DNA from: Syncephalis fuscata S228
Lineage: Eukaryota; Fungi; Zoopagomycota
Assembly (NCBI GenBank): GCA_025786725.1
Contig: JAHLTZ010000012.1
Coordinates: 248,001-312,000, forward strand
Reading direction: 5' to 3'
Length of the DNA stretch: 64,000 bases
The first letter of the stretch is position 1; every line of letters starts with the position of its first letter. This document shows positions 1-14,412 of this stretch, piece after piece. The notes beneath the pieces are model-generated. The model saw only the letters and a program-made list of their open reading frames with translations. It did no database searches and had not been told where the DNA came from. The translations under genes and the position numbers were made by a program.

Positions 1-858
1 GTGCCTACTTTTCTGTTTGTTGGCTATTTCTTAAACGTATTTTTACACCTTGACTAACAAAGATACGTGACAACATAGTCGATTCTAAAGAACAATAAAT
101 CTACTAGCTAAATGGCCAATGCTATTGCTTACCTAAGACGCCAGGAAATAATCTTGCCGAATAAACGGTAAATGGATTTGATACGGTGGATTTTAACCAT
201 TTTACCATAGTGCTAGTGATTTTTTTGTCTATTAGTAAACTTACTGCTAACCACCATTTTACTTACCCTACACGTTCATACAAAAGAAAATGAATGCAAA
301 ACATGCCTGGCCGTTTAACGCCTAGATCGGGAAAGATAAAGAATATGTGTCGTTCCTCAGACTCTTCAGAACTACGAAGCAAATAAGCAGCGGAGGCCCA
401 AGTGCCAACTGCCGTGCTCGTGTGCGTTGTTGTATCTCTATGTGCGCCATTCATAGCATTGGGTTGTTTGTTTTTCAACTCTAACGCAGACGAATGATCC
501 CAACTCGATGCAGGCATTAGCACGGCAAGAGCGATATACTTAGTACAGTCTTCGGCGACGGGTGTTGTCGATGATAATTGTAGTTTTAACACAGGTGGCG
601 GATCGACCGCACGACGCTCAGCTATAGTTACACATAACATTGAACGACCATAATAACCATGTTACACAATAAAAGCTTAAGTAGTTACAAAATAACGATA
701 GTAGATTGTGACTTACTTGCATCTTTGCTATTGGCAGCACGGGCACGCTGTGGCTGTTGGAAAACGACAAAATTGTCGTTATCATTGCGCTCTATCATTT
801 TTGGCGCGGTAAAATAAGGTCGTGTCGATAATTCTTCGACACGTGAGCGGAGCGACAT
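1..858 (-). CDS. Velvet-domain transcription regulator (VelB/VosA/VeA family), spliced, 3' end runs off window
   Basis: Exons give FVVFQQPQRARAA..ERRAVDPPPVLKL..FFIFPDLGVKRPG..SNPFTVYSARLFPGVLESTMLSRIFVSQGVKIRLR, which are velvet hallmark motifs; exons are separated by GT-AG introns. Confidence 0.9.
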
Positions 859-1288
859 GATGAGCCCAAGCAAACAAACGGTTTATCAAGAAAGAGCGAG
901 CGCGAGTGGGTGAGAATGCGTGGTTTTTACAGCATGAATACGATACGAACAAGATTAATAAATTGCTTGGTGAGACAGAGTGCGGATTAACGGTAATAAA
1001 CAAATGTGATAATTGGCATAAGTGTACGTGGTATATACAAAAAGACATGATTCGCAGCTCATTGTTTTGGTTTAAATGGAGACTGGTATGCAGATGTGCG
1101 TACGTGGTATGTAGTCTATACGAGTGGCCATGCCATCTTGTGTTGTGGTCTATCTTCGTCCATCATTAGAGCTTTGCCCTCGCCCCTTTTCCATTGGCCT
1201 GCGTGTTTGCTCGGCCACGAGGCAACGATAACAGGGAAAAGGAGAATTTGGTCCAAACATGGTGGCCACTAAAAGGAGATGTTAATTA

Positions 1289-1302
1289 CGCGCGCGCGCG
1301 CG
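1289..1302. repeat. (CG)7 dinucleotide run upstream of velvet gene
   Basis: cgcgcgcgcgcgcg read directly. Confidence 0.9.
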
Positions 1303-1487
1303 GGGTGAGCGGACAAGGCCTGACCCAGCGGTAGATGGGCAAGGTGCGTTGTCATTGGCTCTAGTTCCAAAGTCACAAATTTACTTTCATTTATTTGCTA
1401 TTCATGTCTAATGTGCAACGACGACTCAGCCGACAAGCAACATATGCAGCGATCTATTTCACGGCGGATGCGGCGATGATCCAGTCT

Positions 1488-1865
1488 CCTCCTCTTCTTT
1501 CCCCTCTTTCTTTTCCTCCTCGTCTTCTTCTTTTTTCTTCCTCCTCGTCGCCGGTGTTACCATCGTTCTCCTCGTCCTCGTCCTCGTCCTCCTCATCCTT
1601 CTATTAATTCTACTCCTTCTCCTTCTCTTTGCTAGAGATCCGGATGGTATTATCCGGTGTTGCACGTGTGTATTTGGTTACTATGTGCATTATGATTGTA
1701 CCATTGTATCCAACAATAATAACAATAATAGTATAGTAATGATAACAACAACAATATAGTAACAATAACGGTAATAACAATAATGGTTGTAATAATGGTT
1801 GTAATAACAATAAGGATGGTAATGATAAATAAACAAACAACAATAATGACTAATAATAATAAATA
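1488..1865. repeat. Low-complexity tract: CTC/CTT-rich followed by TAA/CAA triplets
   Basis: Directly visible degenerate trinucleotide repeats; the overlapping ORFs are homopolymeric artefacts. Confidence 0.85.
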
Positions 1866-3839
1866 TTACTAATGATAATTGGTATGAAATATACCTTTCT
1901 GGATATCGTTGTTATTGTGTTATATTTCATGGTGGATGGACATTGATGATCAATAACGTAAGCAACATACCATCATTTATATGAGTATGTAATTTTATTA
2001 ATTTTGAATCCAATAGCTTTATTATTATGTTTTGACTTGAATGTAATAATATTGTGTACGTTATTGGCAATTATTATATTGTGATTACATGCTATAATAA
2101 AAAGGTCATTACTTGCAGGTATGTCTTTAGTATACGCTGCTATAAACATTAATTTACGTTTTTGTTATTAATAGATTGGCTAGGAATGGTCGTTAATTTT
2201 CCTTTTACGCTATAAAAATCTGTTATAAAAGTATTACAAATCTTTTCTTTTTCTTGGCAAAGGTGGTTTATTACAAAATTATTTGGGCTACGATTAAAAT
2301 GCACCCCATCAATTAATCTATTTATTTTTATCATAACATGCAAAATAGATATTTCCTAAAAAGGTATCCACTTTATGTCGAGCAACACCATTTTGATCTT
2401 CGCAGAACTTTGTGGATATTCTGTAAGGCTCTGTCTTGGTCATTCAAACTTTTAAGCTGTTGCAAAAGTTATGCTCTATGCCTAGCATCAACTATGGCCA
2501 TATTAATCGTAGTCATAGCAATAAAAGTACTGATGGCAGCAATAGCCATATTCATTATGGTATATTTGATTGATGTAATAAACTATTTTAGAATAAAAAT
2601 AATCAAATGCTTAATGCATGCAAAAGATGCAATATGTAGCAATACAAAAGTATGTAGATATTAAAGAATAGAGGGCCAAAGACACGCTACATCTTTAACA
2701 TAGGAAATATATGCATCTATTAGTCATAAATAACAAAGGTGGTTCTTTGCAATGCAGCAAACCGGCGTTTATCGCCTCGTCTTTAATATAAACAAACAGC
2801 TTTAATTTCATAAAACCGGTTACATTAATGCCAACCTGATAACAACGCGGCATTTTACAACAAAACTGCTGCATATTAAGTGACATCTCTAGTAAGTAGA
2901 ATGCACATAGGTAATCAATATAATATGAGCCAAGCGTGTCATATCCACATTGACTCAAATATTCGGCAATAATCATAGCCGATTGTAAAATTCCCGAAAG
3001 TGTCACTCTGGGCATTGTATACCTGCAAATTAATGGAAAATAGCATCTTTATTCCGTATATGATATCAATAGAGTGGCAATGGCCATATGATGCCCAGAA
3101 CGTTTAAACAAACAGTAGACTATGAACATGGTTTCTCTTTTGACTTCTATTTGTAAAATGGAACATTCTGTGGAACTCGTCCATCGCTATTAAGCGAGCA
3201 GTGTTGTTGTGGGTATCATCATGTTGTGTCGGTGACAAAAGGGAAACATGAGCGCAAAAGAGGCCAGTCACCACGAATGGATTCGCAGAATCTTCTTTAA
3301 TGGACAACAATAGCATGATCACCTCATGCCAGATCACATTATAGAAGGTCTAAACGAACAGACACGCACACAAGCACACGCACATTTGGCAACTATGAGC
3401 AAATAGCAGTATCGAGAACGAACGAACAAGCGAGCAATTCAGACACACACACACATACACACGCATGGATAGGTCGGCATATGCTTGGCTGGCTTGGATG
3501 CGAAAGCATGCTTATTTGTAGTAGATATATATCTACACCCATATAACACACACACCTACGCACCAACTATTGATTCATTTCTCTCTCTCTCGTTGATACT
3601 CTTTGACTTTTGTACTTGAACTAGTTTACACTACACTACTTTGTTTTTCTTTTCCAACTACTCTCTTTACCTAGGTAACTAACACTAGCACTACTACTAC
3701 TACTACTCTACTACTAGCACCATTATCGACCTAGTCGCCACTTCTACTTTGTTATTTCCACGTACTGTAACAAAAGAGTACACGGTACTTTATTCATTTC
3801 ACGGTTTATTCGCGCCTATCTTCGTTTCGTAGTTTCATC

Positions 3840-4795
3840 ATGGGTAAATCCAACAGCAAACTCTCTGCTGAACAAATCAAGGATTTGCAAGAATGCACCT
3901 ATTGTAAGTATTACTATTAGACGGGTACTAAGGACGATAACGCGTAACCAGGCGTGATCCTACGACAGAGATAGTCAATAGCATGCTATGGTGTATAATA
4001 TTGCTAGAGGCGTAACTATGCAATAGCACGTTTGAAACTTATTAACTAAGGGAATGTACGCTAACTATATGCTTTTATTGTTTATTTGGTTAAATAGTCG
4101 AAAAGAAAGAGTTGCAGCAATGGTAAGTTGCGACCATTGCCAAGCATTGGGTAACTGTAACCAATACTAACACCGGCTATTGTGTTGTCTATTAGGTATA
4201 AAGGCTTTAAAAAGGACTGTCCTTCAGGCCAGTTAGATCGGGCCGGCTTTCAACGCATCTACAAACAATTCTTTCCCTTTGGTGATCCAACTGTATTTGC
4301 CGAACATGTCTTTAAAGTGTTTGACAATGATCAAAATGGCACAATTGAATTTAAAGAATTTATTTGTGCTCTATCTGTCACATCACGCGGTAATTTGGAT
4401 GAGAAATTAGAATGTAAGTTTGTATATTGAGGTTGTTTCTTTATATAGTGTTAACACCGACACAATCATAGGGGCCTTCCAATTGTATGATATTGACAAC
4501 GATGGCTACATTACACGAGAAGAAATGCGACAAATTGTCGAGGCCATTTATAAAATGGTCGGTTCCAATAGTAATGTACCAGTCGAGGAGGACACGCCCG
4601 AGAAACGCGTCGATAAAATATTTGCCATGATGGACAAGGTAGATTGATTGATTTGTCAATTGTAATAGATTTTAACTTTTATTGTTTATATTTCAGAATA
4701 ACGACGATAAATTGACATTGGAAGAATTTCAAGAAGGCAGCCGACAAGATCCATCGATTCTACAAGCATTGAATCTTTATGATCATATTGTATAG
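3840..4795 (+). CDS. NCS1: Neuronal calcium sensor-1/frequenin, N-myristoylated EF-hand protein, 5 exons
   Basis: [71 protein letters not shown]. Exons 3840-3903, 4098-4122, 4196-4413, 4472-4638 and 4697-4795 sum to 573 nt. Confidence 0.97.
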
Positions 4796-5039
4796 AGACG
4801 CTGACTGCGCCATCCATTCAATGTCATTTCTTATTTGTCATTCCTTTTATCTGAATATATACACAATAACCTATGATGACTATAGATAGCATTGGTTGCT
4901 ATTATTATGTCTTTACTACTACTACTACAACTCTACTCTACTACACACACACACAAAATGATAATAATGATGATCACGATGAAATAAATGCATTATGTTT
5001 TAGTTGTCAAATATCCGTTTTGTTTGTTTGTTTGTTTGT

Positions 5040-6150
5040 TCAAAACACAGTTATCAATGCGAATAAAGTATACAGCAGGCCAATAGGATAAGCGACTAAC
5101 CAACGCTGCTGTGACATGTCAAGCACCGTGACAAACATACCCGATGCGGCAAATGTACACCATATAACCGAGATGGATGATAGCATATATCCTACCCAGT
5201 TACTAATAGGTACAAGTTAACTCATCTATACCATCTAGACTACACGGATAGAATACTTACTTTAATTGTACGGTCACACCAATACCACTAAGAGCAACCA
5301 ATGGCAGCATGGAGTAGCCAAGTACACTTGCTGTACGGTAGATATCAAGACCGGATTCACTCATTAGATTAAGAATTGCATAGGAAGCGAGACAGCCCAA
5401 TACAGCCGCGCCATAAATGTAGCCAAAATATGATTTGGCCGACTAGAAATAAAGTGTACATTTATCCGTCATATAACCATTAGCGACATATTGTTAATAA
5501 CATGACTAAGATACACTTACCAAGAGTAGAAATACACCAAAGAGTAGACAAAAGATAATAGGACCCATAAGATCAGTATCGTCCATGATATGTCGATCAA
5601 CACGTCGTAATGGATTTAATACAGCAAAGCTTTTCTCTTTAATGTGACCGAAATTAACGCCAAGTTCTATTAAACAGATAGACAGAGTCATTAATACTCG
5701 ATAGACTACATATATCTATATATATCTATATATCTATAATCTACCTTCAAGTAGTGGTGGTTCGCCGGGAATATTACCCGTGCCAAATGCTGACCAGAAA
5801 CTGCCTTGAACAGCCTAATAATAATAATAATAATAACAGTAACAACAATCAATAGCCATTAACAATAAATACGTATCCATTATTTGCTAAAATATAGCCA
5901 TACTTACTGGTCGTCCATAAGCACCACTACTAGCCGGTGCCGCATAATAGTCAGCACCCATTGAAGAAGAGGATGCAGCATACGCGGTACTGGTACCTGA
6001 CTGACCATACGTGGTCTGGTAAAACTGTAGACCCTCTGAGCCGTGGTGTCCTGCTGGCTGCTGTCCTCCATAGGCTGGCCCGCCTCCCACTGCATCTTGA
6101 TTATATAGATCTGATTGATCAAACAACACCGAATGAACTGGCTGTGCCAT
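5040..6150 (-). CDS. YIP1: Yip1-family ER-Golgi membrane protein (YIPF5/7-like)
   Basis: [68 protein letters not shown] after splicing. Confidence 0.93.
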
Positions 6151-6477
6151 GACTGACTAGAAAACAGATAGACTACACGTAATACTGTAGAAGGTGTGCA
6201 ACTCTACAGACAAGAGAGACCAATCGTGGAGTTTAATTGAGTGAAGAATGAACAAAATACGACATATCCATAAGTGATCCATCAGAATTACTATTATTAT
6301 TAAACATTTTATTATTATTAACACGCTGTCCTTTCTCTTTGGCGTTTTCTTTTCTGGTGTTGACGTTGGATGTGCATGCCAAAGTCTTACGTTTTCTTGT
6401 TTATTAAGCTATCTTTCTTTTTGGGTTTTCTGGCACGATTAGGCACTTAATAAGCGTATACGCGTACGATCGTTAGA

Positions 6478-9472
6478 ATGTCGGCGTCTTTGACCGAAGG
6501 GCTGTTCGCGAACGACAGTCATGGTGCAGACGAGCTTAGTCCGGCCAATCAAGAACAAATCGACCGTATAGTACTAACCTACCTTAAGCGAAAAGGCTAT
6601 CGAACCGCCGAGGATGCATTTAAGCGAGAGGCACGACTTCAAACACTCGGTGAACTTTCCTGCGAGCTGCAACCGGGCACTGACGCCTCCATAACTGACT
6701 ACGTGCTCTATTACAGTCAGGCTGAACAAAGCGATCCACGTGTATATCAGCGTAGTTTTGCTAGTCTATTACGCTGGCTCGATACGTCATTAGATATGTA
6801 TCGTGTAAGTATATCGCTATGTATTTATATTAGAGCTATTGATTAACCCGTGTTTATGTTGTAGCCTGAATTACGAGCTACACTATTCCCTATATTTGCG
6901 CATGTTTATTTGGAAATGCTATCAAAAAATCTTACCGAAGAAGGTCAGTATCTAATGGATGAATAATAGTACATAGTAAATACTGACGCGTCTTTCTACT
7001 AATTATTACAATTATCGATTAATAGCAAGTCAATTTATGCTTGAAAATGGCGAAGAAATTAGCGATGAACATCCAGAAGAGATGCGTCAACTGCGTACAA
7101 TTACTACAAGTCAACATGTTAAAGAAAGTGAATTTACGAAAACATTATTATCAGAAAAATACAATCTACGTATGTCAGATGTGGCACTACGTTTACTTGT
7201 TAGTTTTCTATTAGATCAGAAACACATGTTACTATTACGTATTGTTAGTCAACGACTTAACATTCAAGGTAGCTTACCATCTATCGATACCGCTATTTAA
7301 TACTAATTACTACTAATAACAATATAGTATTGAGTGACTATGGTGATGGCATTACCGATGATTTAGGTGTTATTGGACAGACCGCCATGGAAATGGATAG
7401 TATGAATCAGAAACCAGTCCAGCTTGCCAAACCAGCATTAGATGCCGCTTTATATGAAGAAATAGAACAAGCATTACGACAAGCTGATCCAACAGTTACT
7501 AAAACGGCACCTACAACGACGCCACAAGACAAAGAGGTAACTAATTGATAGATAGCCGATTACAGTCATTTATCTCTATATCCATTCATGTATTAATAGA
7601 TGGGATCACAAGAGCCGGCACCCACTGCACCACTACCACCACCACCACCATCTGTACTTGTAGATAAATTTAAGGCATTACAGAAACAATCAACTACACC
7701 AGGTGTAGAATCAATTCCACTACCTCCACCGTAAGTATCAATAATAAGTATCGCTGAATACCATTAATTGAATATTATTATTATGATAACTACAATAGAA
7801 CGGAATTTGATATTCGAGTTGAAGTTGATCGTATTAAAGACTTGGCCAAACAGACAGCACTTAGTTCTCATGCCCTACCATCTATTTGTTGTTACACCAT
7901 GCATAACACAAATGACAAGTAGGTAGATGATATGTTATAATTTAATACTTATTCTACCTAGTCTTAATTGTATGGCCTTTTCGGATGATCTAGCCTTAAT
8001 GGCCTGTGGATTCTCTGACTCATATGTACAGTTATGGAGTCTTGACGGACAACCATTACGTGGACTACGTAATGATATATCACTTGATCAAATGAAACAG
8101 CGTAAATATAATGAAATAGTTACGATTAAAACTAATACTGTTCATGTTAAATAGCGTCAGACTTGACGAAGGCTCGAGATGATACGACACAGAACCATCG
8201 TCGATTAGTTGGTCATTCAGGTCCAGTATATGGTGCTAGTTTCAGTCCAGATAATCGATTTCTAATTACATCATCAGAGGATAGTACAGGTGAATAATAA
8301 CAATAATAATCATTTATATAATATTTACTAATATTTACTAATATTCTATAGTTCGACTATGGAGTCTGGATACTTATTCAAATGTTGTCTGTTACCGAGG
8401 ACATAATTACCCCGTATGGGATGTAGAATTCGGTCCTTATGGTTTCTACTTTGCCACTGCCTCACACGATCGCACAGCCCGTCTATGGAGTACTGAGCAT
8501 CCGTATCCACTACGTATATTTGCCGGTCATTTATCAGATGTCGATGTGAGTTAAATGGCATCTATGAATATAAATATAGATACATATATATTTATACATT
8601 CTACTGACATTGTATTGATAGTGTGTTAAATTCCATCCCAATTCCCGCTACTTACTTACGGGCAGTAGTGACCAGACTGTACGTATGTGGGATGTACAAC
8701 ACGGTCAATGTGTTAGAGTATTAAAAGATCACCGTGCACCCATTTACGCACTTGCCACTTCATCTGATGGACGACTCGCTGCATCAGCCGGTAAGTAGAC
8801 GGACTAGATTATAGTGATCATTATTGGTATTGATATGAATATAATAATTTGATAGGAGCGGATAAGATTATAAGACTATGGGATTTGGGATCAGGTCGTT
8901 TAATGAAGCGATTCCATGGTCATCAAGCGTGTGTCTATTCATTGGCATTCAGTGCAGAGGGTAATATTCTGTGTTCGGGTGCAGCTGATCAAACTGTACG
9001 TGTATGGGATGTGACACGGGAACCCACTGAAGCCGAACAACTTGAAGCGAAAGAAGCGATGAAGGCAACACTACGGGGCACCAAACGATCCAGAGAATCA
9101 AAAACGACTACTAATACGAATAGCACTACAGCAACAGCAACAACAAGAAAAAATTCTATTAAAGGTGCAACACTAGCCAATGCAGCAGCAACAGGAGCAG
9201 ATGCCACAGCAAATACGAATCAAGGTACGCATAAAGATACAACAACCGCAGCAACATCTTTATTGCCATCAACATTTGAAAGGTAAGTCAATATAACTAG
9301 TCCATTATATATGGTTATTAACCTATTTATTATATATATATGTATATATACTATTTATAGTGGTGATCTATTAGGCACATTCCCTACTAAATCAACTCCC
9401 ATTTATAAAGTACAAGTAACTAGACGTAATCTAGCTGTTGTGGGTGGTGCATTTCTACCATCACCGCCATAA
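6478..9472 (+). CDS. TAF5: TFIID/SAGA subunit TAF5 (LisH, NTD2, WD40 repeats)
   Basis: [11 protein letters not shown] (LisH); [12 protein letters not shown]; [16 protein letters not shown]; [26 protein letters not shown]; [18 protein letters not shown]; about 12 exons. Confidence 0.95.
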
Positions 9473-9601
9473 TTGGCGTTAAAAGACGCCATACACTATT
9501 GGTGTGTTTGTGTTTTCTTTCAATTAATTATATATAAAGACAGTTATGGATCATAGTTCTTACCTTGATTATTAATATGTATTTATATATATATATATTA
9601 T

Positions 9602-11108
9602 TTACCAGTTAGTATAACCTTCTCCTTCCCATTGTAGTCCATAAGATTGATCAGTATCTATAACTGCAGGATCACCTGCATAATGATTAAATGTTGATTC
9701 ATTATTATTATTATTATTATTGTTGTTGTTGTTGTATGTAGTTCGATTATTCTGCCATGACCTATTGTTGCCTCGACCACGAGATGATCTATTATTATTA
9801 TTATTATTATTATTATTGCATAATGTTAATATTTAATACAATAGATTAATATATATATATACCTATTTTGTGTAGCACGTCCACGATAACTAAAAGTATT
9901 TTTACTACCTCTACTATAACTAGTATTACTTGTCGTTGTTGTTGTTGTTGTTGTTGAACTGTAGTCTAAAGGATTAAACTCATTGGATGTTGTATTGGAT
10001 GGCATGCTTGGTTCAATGGAAAATTGATTGAAATAGCCTTCAAGTTCAGGGAATCGTGTTCGTGCTTCGTGTAGATTAATAAGACCTTCAATTGGCGATA
10101 ACTGTCCTGATAACAATATTTCTTCGTTATATTGACCTGGATTATTACTACGCGTAGTTGATCTACTTGTACTAGTAGTATTAGCGATAGCTATAGGACG
10201 TATAGTTGAATTAAAAGGCGGTGTTGTTGGCTGTTGTTGTTGTTGACTAAGTATTTCTAGACCAGAGGGTCGATCATCAAACCAGTCATCGTGTTCATCA
10301 TCTGAAATAAATATACTTTGATCAAGATCTTGTAACTCGGCCAATTGAATATTATTAATATCATTAATGTTATTAGATGTAGATGAGTGTGGGTTTGATA
10401 TAATAGTTAGAGATTCGTCTTTTTGATAACTTGTACTGTTAGTACTACCATCATTATGATGGATATCTTCATCTTCAGCATCTAATTGGCCTAGTTCTTC
10501 ATTGACATGTTGTTCCAATGTGGCTAATGGAAAAGATAGGCCACATACTGGACATATACCTGTTGTATCTATATCATATCATATCATATCATATCATATA
10601 TTATAAATTATAGGTATATTAACTAGTATGATTTATATTACCTTGTTTTGGTTCTTGTACTTGACAATCAGCGACATGTGCTTCAATAGAATGAATATCA
10701 AATGTATCACAGCAAATAGGACATGCCGTCTATTTAATATAATATAAGTGTTATAAGTATTATGAGTGTTATTAGACGCGTTATTTTATTTACCGTTGAT
10801 GGTGTATTAATTCATGTTCAGGTGTTAATGTAATACGCGTCACTGTATTATTGCTATGACTTGACAAAGGCATTTCTTCATATTCGTCGTCAAATTCATC
10901 GTTATTTTGTTTACGGCGACGTTTTGTCGATGGTCTTATGGTCTAATAAGAAATACAAGAATAGATAAGCAATACTGAACTCATCAGCAGTAGTGTCACT
11001 ATGATTTACATTACGTGTACGTGTAGTAGCAACAGGAGTGATATCAAAAGGTGCTTGAGTAAAAGCAAACTCTTCAAATAGATTGTCTTCTTCGTCACTA
11101 GTCAACAT
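9602..11108 (-). CDS. Low-complexity protein with two UBZ-type (Rad18-like) zinc-finger motifs
   Basis: ACPICCDTFDIHSIEAHVADC and GICPVCGLSFPLATLEQHVNE lie in spliced exons; Asn/Thr-rich remainder; ends GLQWEGEGYTNW*; one apparent 1-nt frameshift near 10810. Confidence 0.65.
10571..10598. repeat. (ATATC)n pentanucleotide microsatellite in intron
   Basis: atatc repeated about 5-6 times. Confidence 0.85.
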
Positions 11109-11314
11109 CGTATTTGTATGAAATATCGTTATTTAATATAACGACACTTGATAAAAGAAAAGAAAAAGACCATTAGTAAATATCTATAATGTATACATTG
11201 TTATTTAATAATAATAATAATCACCGATTTTATTACACAATTTACTAATCAATGAGTAGAAATGGTTTCTTTTTTTCTTTTTTTCTTACTTGATCTACAT
11301 TACTCGTCTATACA

Positions 11315-13055
11315 ATGGCGACCTTTTCACTATTATCGATGGCTCGAACCGGTTCACGTATGATGGCAATGCGTGCACCGTCGATGCTTTGTGGTATACA
11401 GCTACGTACAGCGGCATTTGTGCCAAGACGAGGTCGCGTAAACCAAGATACAAGTCGACCAGGTAGAAAGTTGACGGCAAAAGAGAAACAGGATATGCGA
11501 CGTCGAGCTCGTATGTAAGTAGTCTGAACAATAGTACTAGTAGTATTAGTAGTCATATTACTAGTACCAGGACTAGTTAATAATAGTTTATTGGTGGATA
11601 TAAGATACAAACACACACACATATATATATATATTGATTGGTTTGTATAAACAACTTTACTAATACTCCACCTATGAATTAGTGAACGATTTGCTCCAGC
11701 TGAAGAAGAAATTGTCTATGGCATTCAGTAGTGTTGGCTGCGTTACAAGGTGGACGACGCGATTTACGTACACTTTATTTAAGAGAAGGTCCAGAAAGGA
11801 CCGTAAGTTAAGTGAGTTATCATGGATATTAATGAATAAACAAATAAAAATGCTAACCATAATAATAATAGGCCAATTACCGATCTTATTCGTACTACAG
11901 CTGAGGATATGGAAGTGCCAATTGAATATGTCGATAAAATTGAATTAAATGAATTGACATCAAATCAATTGCATCAAGGTGTTGCATTACGTGTCAGTGG
12001 ACTTGAGCCTACACATCTTACTTCATTGACACAGTATAATAATGGACGGTAAGTAATTAGATATAGTAATATATCGATTTGTATTATAGATAAATGTGAT
12101 ATAAATTAATCGTACTTATCACTATTGCGATAATAGATACTATGGTGTAACACCACCAACAAAACTGGTTGAATTTACGACTAATGGCGCGCACCTGTAT
12201 GGTTGGCACTTGATGAAGTGCAAGATCCACGTAATTTAGGTGCAATTATTAGGTAAAGATCGATAATAAATTTCATATATGTATTAATATTAATAATTGA
12301 ATGTTTAGATCAGCACACTATTTTGGTATTGATGGTGTTCTTGTTTGCCGTAAAAATAGGTTAGTAAATAATTATAAATAGTTTATTATAAATATCTAAT
12401 CTATGCTTTTATTGATTCAATTAGTTCTCCATTCTCTCCTGTATGCAGTAAAGCAAGTGCTGGTGCATTGGAAGTAACTGATTGTACTATACAAATAAAA
12501 TGATGAAATTCTTACGGGCAAGTACAATTGATAGAATACAGTCAATAGAACTGACATTTAACAATATTTAATATAATTAGGCTGCGCGTACTAATGGATG
12601 GGCAGTGATTGGTGCTACAGCTGCACCTCGTTCACAAGATATTCAGCCTAAATCGTTGATACCTATGAACAAGTTGGGTAAAACAGAACAAGGTGTTATT
12701 CTAGTACTTGGCAATGAAGGTAACAAATATGTATATATATATGTATATATGTATATAATTTAACTATCAGTATTATTGACTAACAATAATAATACTATTA
12801 GGTTATGGTCTACGGGCTATGGTGCGTAAAAAGTGTTCACACCACGTAGCAATTCCCTCAACAAACGAGCATCGATCACCATTAATTGATTCGTTGAACG
12901 TCAGTGTGGCCACGGCCATTCTACTTAACTCATTTATGCGTAATCGATTGGAAGGAAAACTTGAAGAGTTTGAAAACATGGTACCATTGCCTAATCCATT
13001 GAATATCGACAGCTTAGAAGACGATATTGATGAAGAGGAAGACGATGACGAGTAA
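11315..13055 (+). CDS. MRM1: Mitochondrial rRNA 2'-O-methyltransferase (SpoU/SPOUT family)
   Basis: Arg-rich presequence; WLALDEVQDPRNLGAIIRSAHYFG; SKASAGALE; LVLGNEGYGL; IDSLNVSVATAILL; some apparent frameshifts. Confidence 0.9.
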
Positions 13056-13266
13056 AAAAAGGTTAAATAGTAAACGATTACAAAATTTATTTGTAGAAAA
13101 TAAAATAACAAAGCATTATACCTACAGATCCATACAGAATACACAACTACATGTATATAGATTGGATCCAATTCGATCTAGAATATAGAATGCATTAATG
13201 TTTGTCTAACAAGTAACTTGGTAAACTTGAATAAAAATGGTTAGCTAATACACTACAGCCAACTAG

Positions 13267-14412
13267 CTATTGTCGACCACATCGCTCTTTTGTGCCATCA
13301 GTCAACATCCAAGCGGGATGATAGTCTTCCTCAGGTGTTGTTGATCGTAATAAAGCGGGATTTCTATGTGTATTATTAATGCCATCTAATGAAGTAAATC
13401 TATAGCGATGATAATGATGATATACAAGTTAGTATTGCATTTGTAGGTTGATAATATAAGGCTAAATTGGTCATTGCCCGTGTGTATTTACCCATAGTCG
13501 TATAGAATACAGTAAGGAACGCTACATTCACGTAGATATGTCCAAATATCGGTGTAGCTCCAGTCGAGAATCGGATGGACGCGCATGAATGCCGGCCAGC
13601 CTGCATCGGTTGATTGAAATGCCGTTAATGTTTCTAAATAAACTAATTAACGAGGATAATAGTATTAGTGGTCAAAAGGCTTACCGGCATATGGATCGGT
13701 ACGTCGTGTACCAATAAGAATTGCTTTAACGTGTGGATAAGCTGTCGCGAACTTTTCAAGACCAGTACGCATTGAGCCTTGTTTGCGACAAAGCTGTAAA
13801 CCAAATTTGCGTGCAAATTGCTCAGTAAATGCATCAACCTGCGGAAATGGCTCACAAGCACATACATAAACGGCTGGTACCTGTGCTTCATGTAACTGTG
13901 CCACAATATCTTTATCTGTATTGCCTGTCTTGCGCAAATGCCGCATTACAACTGCAGTCCATAAATGCAATAGCACAGTACAATCTTTACCGCCATTAAA
14001 GCTTACGGCGACACCATTGAGTCTATAAGTGCATGCAGCGTTATTTCGTTAGCTATTCGGCTACTAATTATACTATTTAATATATAGCTATATAGCGCTT
14101 GGCAATTATTACTTACCCATAGCGATCGATTGCTTCTTCAATTATATTTAGTGCCTCTCTTACTCGTTCGGAAAGATGGGACGATATTGGCGATGCGTTT
14201 ACGTGATACTGGGCCTTTTCATAGGCACTACGCTCGACTTGTAGTAAGCATACAGACGATAGATTACCATTGGAGACGATCATGCTGTCATTTAGCTTTG
14301 CTAACGGTAACTCTGAACCTGAATTCGCTGTAGACGAGCTTGCATCGTTACTAAGCATATCTGTGCTTGACGGACTTGATTGATAGGGATGTTTTAGAGA
14401 TGAAGGTGACAT
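13267..14412 (-). CDS. FAD1: FAD synthetase (PAPS-reductase family)
   Basis: [16 protein letters not shown]; [12 protein letters not shown]; [19 protein letters not shown]; [16 protein letters not shown]. Confidence 0.92.

Noticed and set aside
1395-1843. Poly-Ser, poly-Arg/Glu and poly-Leu ORFs
   Set aside because: Translations of simple trinucleotide repeats.
2100-3340. ORFs of 64-108 aa upstream of NCS1
   Set aside because: No recognisable domain or consistent splice structure; possibly decayed sequence.
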